NCBI GenBank assembly: GCA_032718475.1
Contig: JAUCBJ010002009.1
Coordinates: 1-47,786 of the forward strand
Source of the DNA: Nemertoderma westbladi
Lineage: Eukaryota > Animalia > Xenacoelomorpha
Direction: 5' to 3'
DNA: 47,786 nt
A model generated the notes under the pieces. It saw nothing but the letters and a program-made list of their open reading frames with translations. It was not told the origin of the DNA and did no database searches. Positions 30,269 to 42,076 of the stretch are shown piece after piece (position 1 is the stretch's first letter; each line of letters begins with the position of its first letter). A program made the translations under genes and the position numbers.

Positions 30269-33200
30269 TGTCTCTCTTCACTCTTACCTCCTCTGTAGCT
30301 CCCACTGTGTCTCTCTTCACTATTACCTCCTATGTAGCTCCCACTGTGTCTCTCTTCACTCTTACCGCCTCAGTAGCTCACACTTTGTCTCTCTTCACTC
30401 TTACCTCCTCTGTAGCTCCCACTGTGTCTCTCTTCACTATTACCTCCTATGTAGCTCCCACTGTGTCTCTCTTCACTCTTACCGCCTCAGTAGCTCTCAC
30501 TGTGTCTCTCTTCACTCTTACCTCCTCTGTAGCTCCCACTGTGTCTCTCTTCACTCTTACCGCCTCAGTAGCTCACACTGTGTCTCTCTTCACTCTTACC
30601 TCCTCTGTAGCTCCCACTGTGTCTCTCTTCACTATTACCTCCTATGTAGCTCCCACTGTGTCTCTCTTCACTCTTACCGCCTCAGTAGCTCACACTGTGT
30701 CTCTCTTCACTCTTACTTCCTCAGTAGCTCCCACTGTGTCTCTCTTCACTCTTACCTCCTCTGTAGCTCCCACTGTGTCTCTCTTCACTATTACCTCCTA
30801 TGTAGCTCCCACTGTGTCTCTCTTCACTCTTACCTCCTCAGTAGCTCCCACTGTGTCTCTCTTCACTCTTACCTCCTCAGTAGCTCCCACTGTGTCTCTC
30901 TTCACTCCTACCGCCTCAGTAGCTCCCACTGTGTCTCTCTTCACTCTTACCGCCTCAGTAGCTCACACTGTGTCTCTCTTCACTCTTACCTCCTCAGTAG
31001 CTCCCACTGCGTCTCTCTTCACTCTTACCTCGTCAGTAGCTCCGACTGTGTCTCTCTTCACTCTTACCTCCTCAGTAGCTCCCACCGTGTCTCTCTTCAC
31101 TCTTACCGCCTCAGTAGCTCCCACTGTGTCTCTCTTCAATCTTACCTCCTATGTAGCTCCCACTATGTCTCTCTTCACTATTACCTCCTATGTAGCACCC
31201 ACTGTGTCTCTCTTCACTATTACCTCCTATGTAGCTCCCACTGTGTCTCTCTTCACTCTTACCTCCTATGTAGCTCCCACTGTGTCTCTCTTCACTCTTA
31301 CCACCTCAGTAGCTCCCACTGTGTCTCTCTTCAATCTTACCTCCTCAGTAGCTCCCACTGTGTCTCTCTTCACTCTTACCGCCTCAGTAGCTCACACTGT
31401 GTCTCTCTTCACTCTTACCTCCTCAGTAGCTCCCACTGTGTCTCTCTTCACTCTTACCTCCTCAGTAGCTCCCACTGTGTCTCTCTTCACTCTTACCTCC
31501 TCAGTAGCTCCCACTGTGTCTCTCTTCAATCTTACCTCCTATGTAGCTCCCACTGTCTCTATCTTCACTATTACCTCCTATGTAGCTCCCACTGTGTCTC
31601 TCTTCACTCCTACCGCCTCAGTAGCTCCCACTGTGTCTCTCTTCACTCTTACCGCCTCAGTAGCTCCCACTGTGTCTCTCTTCACTCTTACCTCCTCAGT
31701 AGCTCCCACTGTGTCTCTCTTCACTATTACCTCCTATGTAGCTCCCACTGTGTCTCTCTTCACTCTTACCTCCTCAGTAGCTCCCACTGTGTCTCTCTTC
31801 ACTCTTACCTCCTATGTAGCTCCCACTGTGTCTCTCTTCACTCTTACCTCCTCTGTAGCTCCAACTGTGTCTCTCTTCACTCTTACCTCCTCAGTAGCTC
31901 CCACTGTGTCTCTCTTCACTCTTACCTCCTCAGTAGCTCCCACTGTGTCTCTCTTCACTCTTACCTCCTCTGTAGCTCCCACTGTGTCTCTCTTCACTCT
32001 TACCTCCTATGTAGCTCCCACTGTGTCTCTCTTCACTCTTACCTCCTCTGTAGCTCCCACTGTGTCTCTCTTCACTCTTACCTCCTATGTAGCTCCCACT
32101 GTGTCTCTCTTCACTCTTACCTCCTCAGTAGCTCCCACTGTGTCTCTCTTCACTCTTACCTCCTCAGTAGCTCCCACTGTGTCTCTCTTCACTCTTACCT
32201 CCTCAGTAGCTCCCACTGTGTCTCTCTTCACTCTTACCTCCTCAGTAGCTCCCACTGTGTCTCTCTTCACTCTTACCTCCTCTGTAGCTCCCACTGTGTC
32301 TCTCTTCACTCTTACCTCCTATGTAGCTCCCACTGTGTCTCTCTTCACTCTTACCTCCTCAGTAGCTCCCACTGTGTCTCTCTTCACTCTTACCTCCTCA
32401 GTAGCTCCCACTGTGTCTCTCTTCACTCTTACCTCCTCAGTAGCTCCCACTGTGTCTCTCTTCACTCTTACCTCCTCAGTAGCTCCCACTGTGTCTCTCT
32501 TCACTCTTACCTCCTCTGTAGCTCCCACTGTGTCTCTCTTCACTATTACCTCCTATGTAGCTCCCACTGTGTCTCTCTTCACTCTTACCTCCTCAGTAGC
32601 TCCCACTGTGTCTCTCTTCAATCTTACCTCCTATGTAGCTCCCACTGTGTCTATCTTCACTATTACCTCCTATGTAGCTCCCACTGTGTATATCTTCACT
32701 ATTACCTCCTATGTAGCTCCCACTGTGTCTCTCTTCACTCTTACCGCCTCAGTAGCTCCCACTGTGTCTCTCTTCACTCTTACCTCCTCAGTAGCTCCCA
32801 CTGTGTCTCTCTTCACTCTTACCTCCTCAGTAGCTCCCACTGTGTCTCTCTTCACTCTTACCGCCTCAGTAGCTCCCACTGTGTCTCTCTTCACTCTTAC
32901 CTCCTCAGTAGCTCCCACTGTGTCTCTCTTCACTCTTACCTCCTCTGTAGCTCCCACTGTGTCTCTCTTCACTCTTACCTCCTCAGTAGCTCCCACTGTG
33001 TCTCTCTTCACTCTTACCTCCTCATGTAGCTCCCACTGTGTCTCTCTTCACTCTTACCTCCTCTGTAGCTCCCACTGTGTCTCTCTTCACTCTTACCTCC
33101 TCAGTAGCTCCCACTGTGTCTCTCTTCACTCTTACCTCCTCAGTAGCTCCCACTGTGTCTCTCTTCACTCTTACCTCCTCAGTAGCTCCCACTGTGTCTC

Positions 33201-35787
33201 TCTTCACTCTTACCTCCTCATGTAGCTCCCACTGTGTCTCTCTTCACTCTTACCTCCTCAGTAGCTCCCACTGTGTCTCTCTTCACTCTTACCTCCTCAG
33301 TAGCTCCCACTGTGTCTCTCTTCACTCTTACCTCCTCTGTAGCTCCCACTGTGTCTCTCTTCACTCTTACCTCCTCAGTAGCTCCCACTGTGTCTCTCTT
33401 CACTCTTACCTCCTCATGTAGCTCCCACTGTGTCTCTCTTCACTATTACCTCCTATGTAGCTCCCACTGTGTCTCTCTTCACTATTACCTCCTCTGTAGC
33501 TCCCACTGTGTCTCTCTTCACTCTTACCTCCTCAGTAGCTCCCACTGTGTCTCTCTTCACTCTTACCTCCTCTGTAGCTCCCACTGTGTCTCTCTTCACT
33601 CTTACCTCCTCAGTAGCTCCCACTGTGTCTCTCTTCACTCTTACCTCCTCTGTAGCTCCCACTGTGTCTCTCTTCACTATTACCTCCTATGTAGCTCCCA
33701 CTGTGTCTCTCTTCACTCTTACCTCCTCTGTAGCTCCCACTGTGTCTCTCTTCACTCTTACCTCCTCTGTAGCTCCCACTGTGTCTCTCTTCACTCTTAC
33801 CTCCTCTGTAGCTCCCACTGTGTCTCTCTTCACTATTACCTCCTATGTAGCTCCCACTGTGTCTCTCTTCACTATTACCTCCTCAGTAGCTCCCACTGTG
33901 TCTCTCTTCACTCTTACCTCCTCAGTAGCTCCCACTGTGTCTCTCTTCACTCTTACCTCCTCAGTAGCTCCCACTGTGTCTCTCTTCACTCTTACCTCCT
34001 CAGTAGCTCCCACTGTGTCTCTCTTCACTCTTACCTCCTCAGTAGCTCCCACTGTGTCTCTCTTCACTCTTACCTCCTCAGTAGCTCCCACTGTGTCTCT
34101 CTTCACTCTTACCTCCTCATGTAGCTCCCACTGTGTCTCTCTTCACTCTTACCTCCTCAGTAGCTCCCACTGTGTCTCTCTTCAATCTTACCTCCTCAGT
34201 AGCTCCCACTGTGTCTCTCTTCACTCTTACCTCCTCTGTAGCTCCCACTGTGTCTCTCTTCACTATTACCTCCTCATGTAGCTCCCACTGTGTCTCTCTT
34301 CACTATTACCTCCTCAGTAGCTCCCACTGTGTCTCTCTTCACTCTTACCTCCTCAGTAGCTCCCACTGTGTCTCTCTTCACTCTTACCTCCTCAGTAGCT
34401 CCCACTGTGTCTCTCTTCACTCTTACCTCCTATGTAGCTCCCACTGTGTCTCTCTTCACTCTTACCTCCTATGTAGCTCCCACTGTGTCTCTCTTCACTA
34501 TTACCTCCTATGTAGCTCCCACTGTGTCTCTCTTCACTCTTACCTCCTCAGTAGCTCCCACTGTGTCTCTCTTCACTCTTACCTCCTCAGTAGCTCCCAC
34601 TGTGTCTCTCTTCACTCTTACCTCCTCATGTAGCTCCCACTGTGTCTCTCTTCACTCTTACCTCCTCAGTAGCTCCCACTGTGTCTCTCTTCACTCTTAC
34701 CTCCTCAGTAGCTCCCACTGTGTCTCTCTTCACTCTTACCTCCTCAGTAGCTCCCACTGTGTCTCTCTTCACTCTTACCTCCTATGTAGCTCCCACTGTG
34801 TCTCTCTTCACTATTACCTCCTATGTAGCTCCCACTGTGTCTCTCTTCACTCTTACCTCCTCAGTAGCTCCCACTGTGTCTCTCTTCACTCTTACCTCCT
34901 CAGTAGCTCCCACTGTGTCTCTCTTCACTCTTACCTCCTATGTAGCTCCCACTGTGTCTCTCTTCACTCTTACCTCCTCAGTAGCTCCCACTGTGTCTCT
35001 CTTCACTCTTACCTCCTCAGTAGCTCCCACTGTGTCTCTCTTCACTCTTACCTCCTCTGTAGCTCCCACTGTGTCTCTCTTCACTCTTACCTCCTCAGTA
35101 GCTCCCACTGTGTCTCTCTTCACTCTTACCTCCTCATGTAGCTCCCACTGTGTCTCTCTTCACTCTTACCTCCTCATGTAGCTCCCACTGTGTCTCTCTT
35201 CAATCTTACCTCCTCTGTAGCTCCCACTGTGTCTCTCTTCACTCTTACCTCCTCAGTAGCTCCCACTGTGTCTCTCTTCACTCTTACCTCCTCATGTAGC
35301 TCCCACTGTGTCTCTCTTCACTCTTACCTCCTATGTAGCTCCCACTGTGTCTCTCTTCACTCTTACCTCCTCTGTAGCTCCCACTGTGTCTCTCTTCACT
35401 CTTACCTCCTCATGTAGCTCCCACTGTGTCTCTCTTCACTCTTACCTCCTCAGTAGCTCCCACTGTGTCTCTCTTCACTCTTACCTCCTCAGTAGCTCCC
35501 ACTGTGTCTCTCTTCACTCTTACCTCCTCAGTAGCTCCCACTGTGTCTCTCTTCACTCTTACCTCCTCAGTAGCTCCCACTGTGTCTCTCTTCACTCTTA
35601 CCTCCTCAGTAGCTCCCACTGTGTCTCTCTTCACTCTTACCTCCTCAGTAGCTCCCACTGTGTCTCTCTTCACTCTTACCTCCTCAGTAGCTCCCACTGT
35701 GTCTCTCTTCACTCTTACCTCCTCTGTAGCTCCCACTGTGTCTCTCTTCACTCTTACCTCCTCAGTAGCTCCCACTGTGTCTCTCTT
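30269..35787. repeat. 39-bp minisatellite, proximal arm (about 141 units), overlapping the 3' end of BBOF1 exon 6
   Basis: Same unit as the distal arm. Minus strand reads AAGAGAGACACAGTGGGAGCTACTGAGGAG|GTAAGAGTG and ends within the exon at GCA AAG AGA GAC. Confidence 0.98.
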
Positions 35788-35916
35788 TGCCCGCCTAAGT
35801 ATCTCGTCTCTCTCTGCTTCGAACTCTTGCACTACATGGGTCAGCGACCTTTCCAATGACTCTATCTTGGCTTGCATTGCCTTGATCTGTTCCCTTTGTT
35901 TCTTCGCTTCAGTTAC
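35758..35916 (-). CDS. BBOF1: BBOF1 exon 6 (using the first donor)
   Basis: tttcatag|GTA ... GAG|gtaaga; VTEAKKQREQIKAMQAKIESLERSLTHVVQEFEAERDEILRRAKRDTVGATEE; joins exon 7 in phase 0. Confidence 0.9.
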
Positions 35917-36162
35917 CTATGAAAAACACAAGGTTAATGACACGTCATAAATTACTTTTTTCGTAATGTTAAAATTTTAGAATAAAACCGCATACACTTG
36001 TTGCGAATTAATTTACGGTGTTCCAGTACGCCTATGTTGATATCGACACCTTACTACCTTAAATTGAGAGACAAACCACACGATGCATCAGAGTGATATG
36101 TTAATTAATACGATAAGTTCTTACGGAATAATACAAACAAATCAACCACAATTCTGTGTTAC

Positions 36163-36316
36163 CTTTTCCAATACAAGGAGATCATTTAACTCCCTGTCCC
36201 CAGCCATCCTCTCGTTTTCATTCGATAGAACTGAATTCATTTTCTTCAGTGATTCTTCTTTGGATATGTGATATTGTAAAGCCTGACTCTTACGAACATT
36301 TTCCTTGTATACAGAT
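36163..36316 (-). CDS. BBOF1: BBOF1 exon 5
   Basis: gggaaag|A TCT ... AAG|gtaaca; SVYKENVRKSQALQYH...ELNDLLVLEK; phase is compatible with exons 4 and 6. Confidence 0.85.
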
Positions 36317-36539
36317 CTTTCCCATAAAACAAATTAAAACAAGTTATAGTTATTATATATATATATATTATATCGATATATATATATTATGAAGATTTCC
36401 TAATTTTTATAAACATTATTCTGATGTTTTTCAATAATGCTAGAAATGCAGCAGCTTTAAACATTCAAGTAAGATAGAATGTAGGATAAGTTTGTCAAAC
36501 ACAGTAGGGGTTAACCTGGTTTTTGGCAAAGTTTGGACC

Positions 36540-37045
36540 CCGTTCATGAAAACAACTTTATTGAGCTTAGTTGGTCCGCTAATGTAAAAATTGACAAAAA
36601 TGAAAATTGGGTGGTTTTTAATTAATACTAATTAAGAAATTATTTAATACTAATCATATTACTAAAATTTAACACTTACCCCCTAAACATACTGACAGGT
36701 TTATTTTGCTCCATTGGTGTCATATTGTACACAAATAAAAAATATTAAAATATCATGGGTGGCTTTTAATATAAATGCTAATTAATTATTTATTTAATAC
36801 TAAATATTATTACCTTTAACAGGGGATGTTACCACATCATGAAAACAAGTATTTTTCTCCAATCATGTCTTGATGAATAAAATATTATAAATTAGAAAGT
36901 TTCATGGGTGGCTTTTAATACATATAAATGCTATTTTATTATTTATTTAATACAAAATTTTATTACCTTTAATAAAGGATGTTTGTTACTCCATTACATA
37001 CATGAAAACAAGTTTTTTGCTCCAATCATGTCTTGATGAATTGAT
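36540..37045. repeat. Diverged ~145-bp direct repeats (about 3 copies) in BBOF1 intron 4
   Basis: Recurring GGGTGGYTTTTAAT (36609, 36757, 36906), CATGAAAACAA and CTCCAATCATGTCTTGATGAAT blocks. Confidence 0.7.
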
Positions 37046-37575
37046 GAAGTATATTATTATTATTATATTCTGGGTTATACAATATTATCATACTGTTACT
37101 TATCTTATACTGTACTTCTAAGATAATATAAGTCGATAATTGGGCAGAACTGGACTATCTGAATTCAATTTAAAATATATGACACCGATGAAAAACATCA
37201 AATTTGCAATATTTCATGTCGTAAGACATATGCAAATTCTCTAAAAAATCATTGTTCGAGTTATATTTATTTTTTTCTATTTTTTAATTTATTTATTTTT
37301 TTAAAAATCCGATTAAAAAAAACAATCAATAATTGATTTTAAGAATGTCATTTAATTATGTTGATGGATAAAACGCTAAGTAAAGTCTCACATTTGTAAT
37401 GAGTTTTTAATATCTCCTTGGACGCGTAGGTGTTATATTTAGGTTATGTGCGTTTGTTTGTAGGCTTACAGTATTAAATCATGATTGTTGGTTTGTGTAA
37501 AGTAAATTGTTGAGCGATTATGAGTTATTATTTCAATGAGAATGAATATGCCAACATCCATTAAACATAACCAAC

Positions 37576-37769
37576 CTCGTGGTCTCGTCCATGTTCTCAA
37601 TAGCCTCATTATGAGCCCTCTCTGCTAGCTCAGCTACTTTCTGATTAGCTTCATGTTGTAGTCGCGCCTTCTCCTCAAAAAATTTATGTTCCGATGACTG
37701 TAGAGCCTGTTGATGCTCTACATTTGTCTCAAACATGGTGTCTTTAATACCATCCAACTCTTTTTGCAT
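37576..37769 (-). CDS. BBOF1: BBOF1 exon 4
   Basis: ttttag|ATG ... AG|gttggt; EHKFFEEKARLQHEA...LAERAHNEAI. Confidence 0.93.
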
Positions 37770-38656
37770 CTAAAATAATCACCAATTAAATTACAATTTT
37801 TTTTTAAAACGGGTTCGTGATCGTCTGGGGTGCCCAAAGCCTTATAATTTCTATAACTAAAATAAACATAACCTAACTAACTATAGTCGTAGACCTCATC
37901 TGTATTCCAATCCCCCAAACGCCCCAGAATCGCTAGGTGCTGGACTTGGACTAGAGGTAGCAGAGCCTGCTCCTGGGTGGCCTTGATTTCTCGCCAGCCA
38001 GCAGCGATGGCGGGTAAGTTTTGCTCTTAGACTCTCTGTCGCCGTAATTCCCATCTTTCATCTCTAGACTTACATACTGAATAGCTCGTTATCGGATTTC
38101 TATGCTTACAATGAAATGTTAAAAAAGTAATCTTTTGCCCTCATGGTGTGACATAATGAGCGGGCACTGTATACTACTATCACTATTGCGTAGCTACACA
38201 TTCGATAAACAAAATGTTCCAGAACACTGTGCATTTATTCAATATAATCAAGGCCATCTTAATACCAATGTATTATATTAGTAATAATAATATAGTAATA
38301 TTATATAATTCAAAAATAAGTATAACTTCTTTGATCAGCTGATCGAGGGGGGTGAGCAGACCTTGTATTACGATGGCCATGATATTATAAATTGCCTCCA
38401 GAGAACGAGAACCCTTCTATATCTTCTGTTTTTTTTAAACGAAATTCAAATACTCCGAATCGAAAATTCTGGCTTCATATGGACATCAAACTAGTTGTGT
38501 TTTAAATTTCAAGCAACATGATAAAGATTTAGATTTGTAAAAAAATATGGGGGGGGGGGGGGTGGTGAGGGTGGGGGAGGGAGGGGGTGGGTGTGTTTCA
38601 ACAGAAAATGACACTATTTCAGGTCATTGTAGATACAATTATGATACAGTACCTAC

Positions 38657-38830
38657 CTGAGCCCTCTTTCTTCTGAATTCTTTAACCATCTTCAACTCGT
38701 TTTGCATTAATTGCACTTCATTGGTGCGTTGATTAAGAGCTTCCTCCAGATTTGATACTTTTAGAGTAAAGTCCTCGGCTAGTTTCTGACGATCTTCCCT
38801 AGCCTGTCTGCGGGCCTCCTTTAGTTGTTC
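38657..38830 (-). CDS. BBOF1: BBOF1 exon 3
   Basis: ttattag|GAA ... CAG|gtaggt; EQLKEARRQAREDRQKL...ELKMVKEFRRKRAQ. Confidence 0.9.
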
Positions 38831-39485
38831 CTAATAAGTTAAAAAATATACTTTATTAGCTAGGAGATGCAAGAACTACAGGTAATTATAATAGTATGGT
38901 AGTTCATGGAAGATGTAAAATATAAAAATAAATAATATGATAACCTTGGTATGTAGGCAAACGATAAAGTAGTGTTATTCGATACCAAATATCACTATTT
39001 AATTGGCCTACAACTTTATGCTTGAGTGCTTTTAGTTTTCGCGAGATGGTTGGTTCCAAAATACTAATGAGTGATAAACGAAATATCCGATGGAAGAATA
39101 TTTGAAATTCGAAGAACTGAAATTACCCGACATGTTTGTTATAGTAATTCACCATTTTGTATATGAAAAAAATGAAGAAGTTTGTAACATTGAAATAGTG
39201 ATGAAATGCGCACTTTCTTCACTAAAATTCGGATCATAGTTTTTAAGATAAAATTAAATGTTCATATTGTTTCATTATAGTACTTTACAATATACCGCAT
39301 CGCTACATGAAAGATATTCAGACAAGTAACCTAAACAACACACCATTTGGCTTACAGTAAAACTTTATTTGCGCAATATTGAGTAGACTTACAGTACTAC
39401 ATAAAGACATACAGTACTTAATAAGAACTTCCTATGTGTTGAGCCCATCTTCTGGTATATTTTAGCTGTTCCTAAAGATACTTAC

Positions 39486-39642
39486 TTGCAGTGACTCTAT
39501 TTTATCCTCCTTAGCTATATCCTGTTGCTTTAGATAAGTGATGACGTCTATGGTGTCCTTCTCCGTTCGTTCTAGATGACTGATCAGATTGTCGTTATCT
39601 AATAGTAGCCTCTTGGCATTCTCGCGAAACTCCAGGCGGGAT
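39486..39642 (-). CDS. BBOF1: BBOF1 exon 2
   Basis: atttag|A TCC ... CAA|gtaagt; SRLEFRENAKRL...TEKDTIDVITYLKQQD. Confidence 0.9.
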
Positions 39643-40397
39643 CTAAATTATAAATATTAAAATAAACTTACCCTACAGGCCCATGAGGAATCATTATCTC
39701 TGATAAAACCCCAACCAAGACTAACTATTTATTTACGTCATTGTGTGAAAAGTGGCACTTTCCAGCGTTATGACCCGAACGTGTATTTATGTACCGAGCG
39801 AGTGCAGCGAGGGATGATGTTTACATAAAAAATATAACCTTGAATAACCTTGCACGTATAGCATTCAATGGCTTTCATCAAGAAGTGTATTGAAAGAAAT
39901 TAATTTATTGTATTTGAGCTGTTAATGCAACTGTAATACTGTATAAGAAATATAATAAGTGTTTTAGAAGTTTATTGTTTCTACACCCTAAGTTAGTAAT
40001 ATTACTTCATAGCGTTCCAAGAGGTTCTTTGCTGCGGCAAATATACCGGTACTAAATGGCTGTAGGAAACAGAAATGAAGAAGCTACAAACCATGAAAGT
40101 GTGGTTCATCGAGACTGTGCGATAAACTGGTTTTCCCTGAAGGGTAATTTTTAGGAGGTAAAAAGCAGAGACCGGGAGAAAAAGTTTTTGTTTTTGGAGT
40201 TTTTTTTGTTTTTGGAGTTCAAATGTTTTTGGAAAGAATTTGCAAGTATAGGAAATAAAAACGTTTTGTAATAAATTTCAATTCACCTACATTCAAATGT
40301 TATGTGCGAGAGTATACATGATTGATATACCATCGTGTGCAAAATTCAATACAGGAGGACAGAATATCCGAATTTGGGTTCTGTATAACTAACTTCC

Positions 40398-40456
40398 AAA
40401 GGACCCTTCGATAACTACTTCGGCCTATGGCCTCAGTAGTTATCGAAGGGTCCTTT
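40398..40456. repeat. Perfect 22-bp inverted repeat with 15-nt loop
   Basis: AAAGGACCCTTCGATAACTACT / AGTAGTTATCGAAGGGTCCTTT around TCGGCCTATGGCCTC. Confidence 0.92.
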
Positions 40457-40462
40457 CGTAGT

Positions 40463-41490
40463 CTCGTAGGTGTGATGCAGGGTGATTGTCTAAGTTCTAT
40501 TCTGTTTGCCTTATTCCTAAATGATTTGGAAGCGGAATTGGCAAAAACGGGTTACGCTGGTTTGGATATTGGCTACCCTACAATATTCGCTAGATATTGG
40601 CTACCCTACAATATTCGCTAGATATTGGCTACCCTACAATATTCGCTAGATATTGGCTACCCTACCATATTCGCTAGATATTGGCCACCCTACAATATTC
40701 GCTAGATATTGGCTACCCTACAATATTCGCTAGATATTGGCCACCCTACAATATTCGCTAGATATTGGCTACCCTACAATATTCGCTAGATATTGGCTAC
40801 CCTACAATATTCGCTAGATATTGGCTACCCTACAATATTCGCTAGATATTGGCTACCCTACAATATTCGCTGGATATTGGCCACCCTACAATATTCGCTA
40901 GATATTGGCTATTCTACAATATTCGCTAGATATTGGCCACCCTACAATATTCGCTAGATATTGGCTACCCTACAATATTCGCTAGATATTGGCTACCCTA
41001 CAATATTCGCTAGATATTGGCTACCCTACAATATTCGCTAGATATTGGCTACCCTACAATATTCGCTAGATATTGTACATAATTTTGCAGATTACTGGTG
41101 GTTGGATGTAATCCGTATTTTCAGAAACAAGGGGCCGGTGTGTCCCAATCAGAATGTTGGTTTTAAAAAGGAAAAATACTAGATGTCGTGCACTACTACA
41201 TCTATTTGGGTGTGGTTTTTTCTTATACTGGTAACTTCGCCAAAGCCCATTATAAATTATGGATGTGAGGTATGGGGTGGGGATGGAACAATGCAACTGA
41301 TATAGAAATAGTGCATATAAGTTTCCTCAAACGAGCCTTGGGTGTAAAGACCACTAAGACAAGTACATCAAATCTCATGGTGTATGGAGAAGCGGGTACT
41401 TTTCCTTTGTCACTGCACCATAAGGTGAACACTATAAAGTTCTGGGTTCGAATAATTGAAATGCCCGATAAAAGACTCACAAAGTGCAAT
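40463..41490 (+). pseudogene. Degraded LINE reverse transcriptase fragment in BBOF1 intron 1
   Basis: GVMQGDCLSSILFALFLNDLE at ~40469; NYGCEVWG at ~41255; VHISFLKRALGVK...NLMVYGEAGTFPL...IKFW; frameshifted and internally deleted. Confidence 0.85.
40565..41075. repeat. 28-bp minisatellite, about 18 copies
   Basis: Unit GATATTGGCTACCCTACAATATTCGCTA, nearly invariant. Confidence 0.97.
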
Positions 41491-41927
41491 TCATAATTAT
41501 AGATTACCATTTTCATAGACATCCTTCCTTACCGTTATACCATCAATTATTTTCAACAAATATGGTTCGGGTCTGGAAAAATCTAGCAATCTATATATAT
41601 AAGGCACTAAAACTACGCGCAGCTAGAATTAATAGTAACGAAATGTGTAACGTAGTAAATACTCTGTATGAGTCTGACGAGTCAGCGCTATTAGTTATAT
41701 CGTAACCAATAATAATTCTCTATACCGTTTTTTTTTTTTATTTTTTTGTTATATTTAAAATTACATTTGTTTAGGTGTTTAGTTGGGTGTGGGGTTTCCA
41801 GGGACTATTTTTGGTTGTATTTTGGTAGTTAGTGCGTACAATGGTAAGATCAACAATAGTATTAGTGACTTGTTGTCATGAATATAATAATAATTATTAA
41901 CTATCGGTATATTATACTCAGACTCAC

Positions 41928-42076
41928 TTGTCCATTATGTCCAGTTTTGATTCCCATAGCTTCGCATTGGCAGCAGCAAGTTTTTCAACACTTTCCTTTT
42001 TTCTTTCCCCACCTTTTCCCTTACCACCTTTTTTCCCTTTTTTCTTCCCACCGCCACCTTTTTTCTTTTTAGGCAT
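41928..42076 (-). CDS. BBOF1: BBOF1 exon 1 (start)
   Basis: MPKKKKGGGGKKKGKK...AAANAKLWESKLDIMD, AA|gtgagt. The K/G-rich N-terminus and ANAxLWE motif are typical of BBOF1. The nine exons sum to 1593 nt (530 aa plus stop). Confidence 0.92.

Noticed and set aside
28875-35787. RT next to a repeat array as a CRISPR-RT, retron, DGR or telomerase-like system
   Set aside because: Eukaryotic intron context with no unique spacers or cas genes. The TSD, tail and 5' truncation show an ordinary LINE that inserted into a pre-existing array derived from the host exon.
27538-35950. Long + strand ORFs (SLFTLTSSVAPTV)n and (SSSHCVSLHSYLL)n as mucin-like or adhesin genes
   Set aside because: They are by-products of a 39-bp unit with stop-free frames, lie antisense within a BBOF1 intron, and have no credible start or unique domains.
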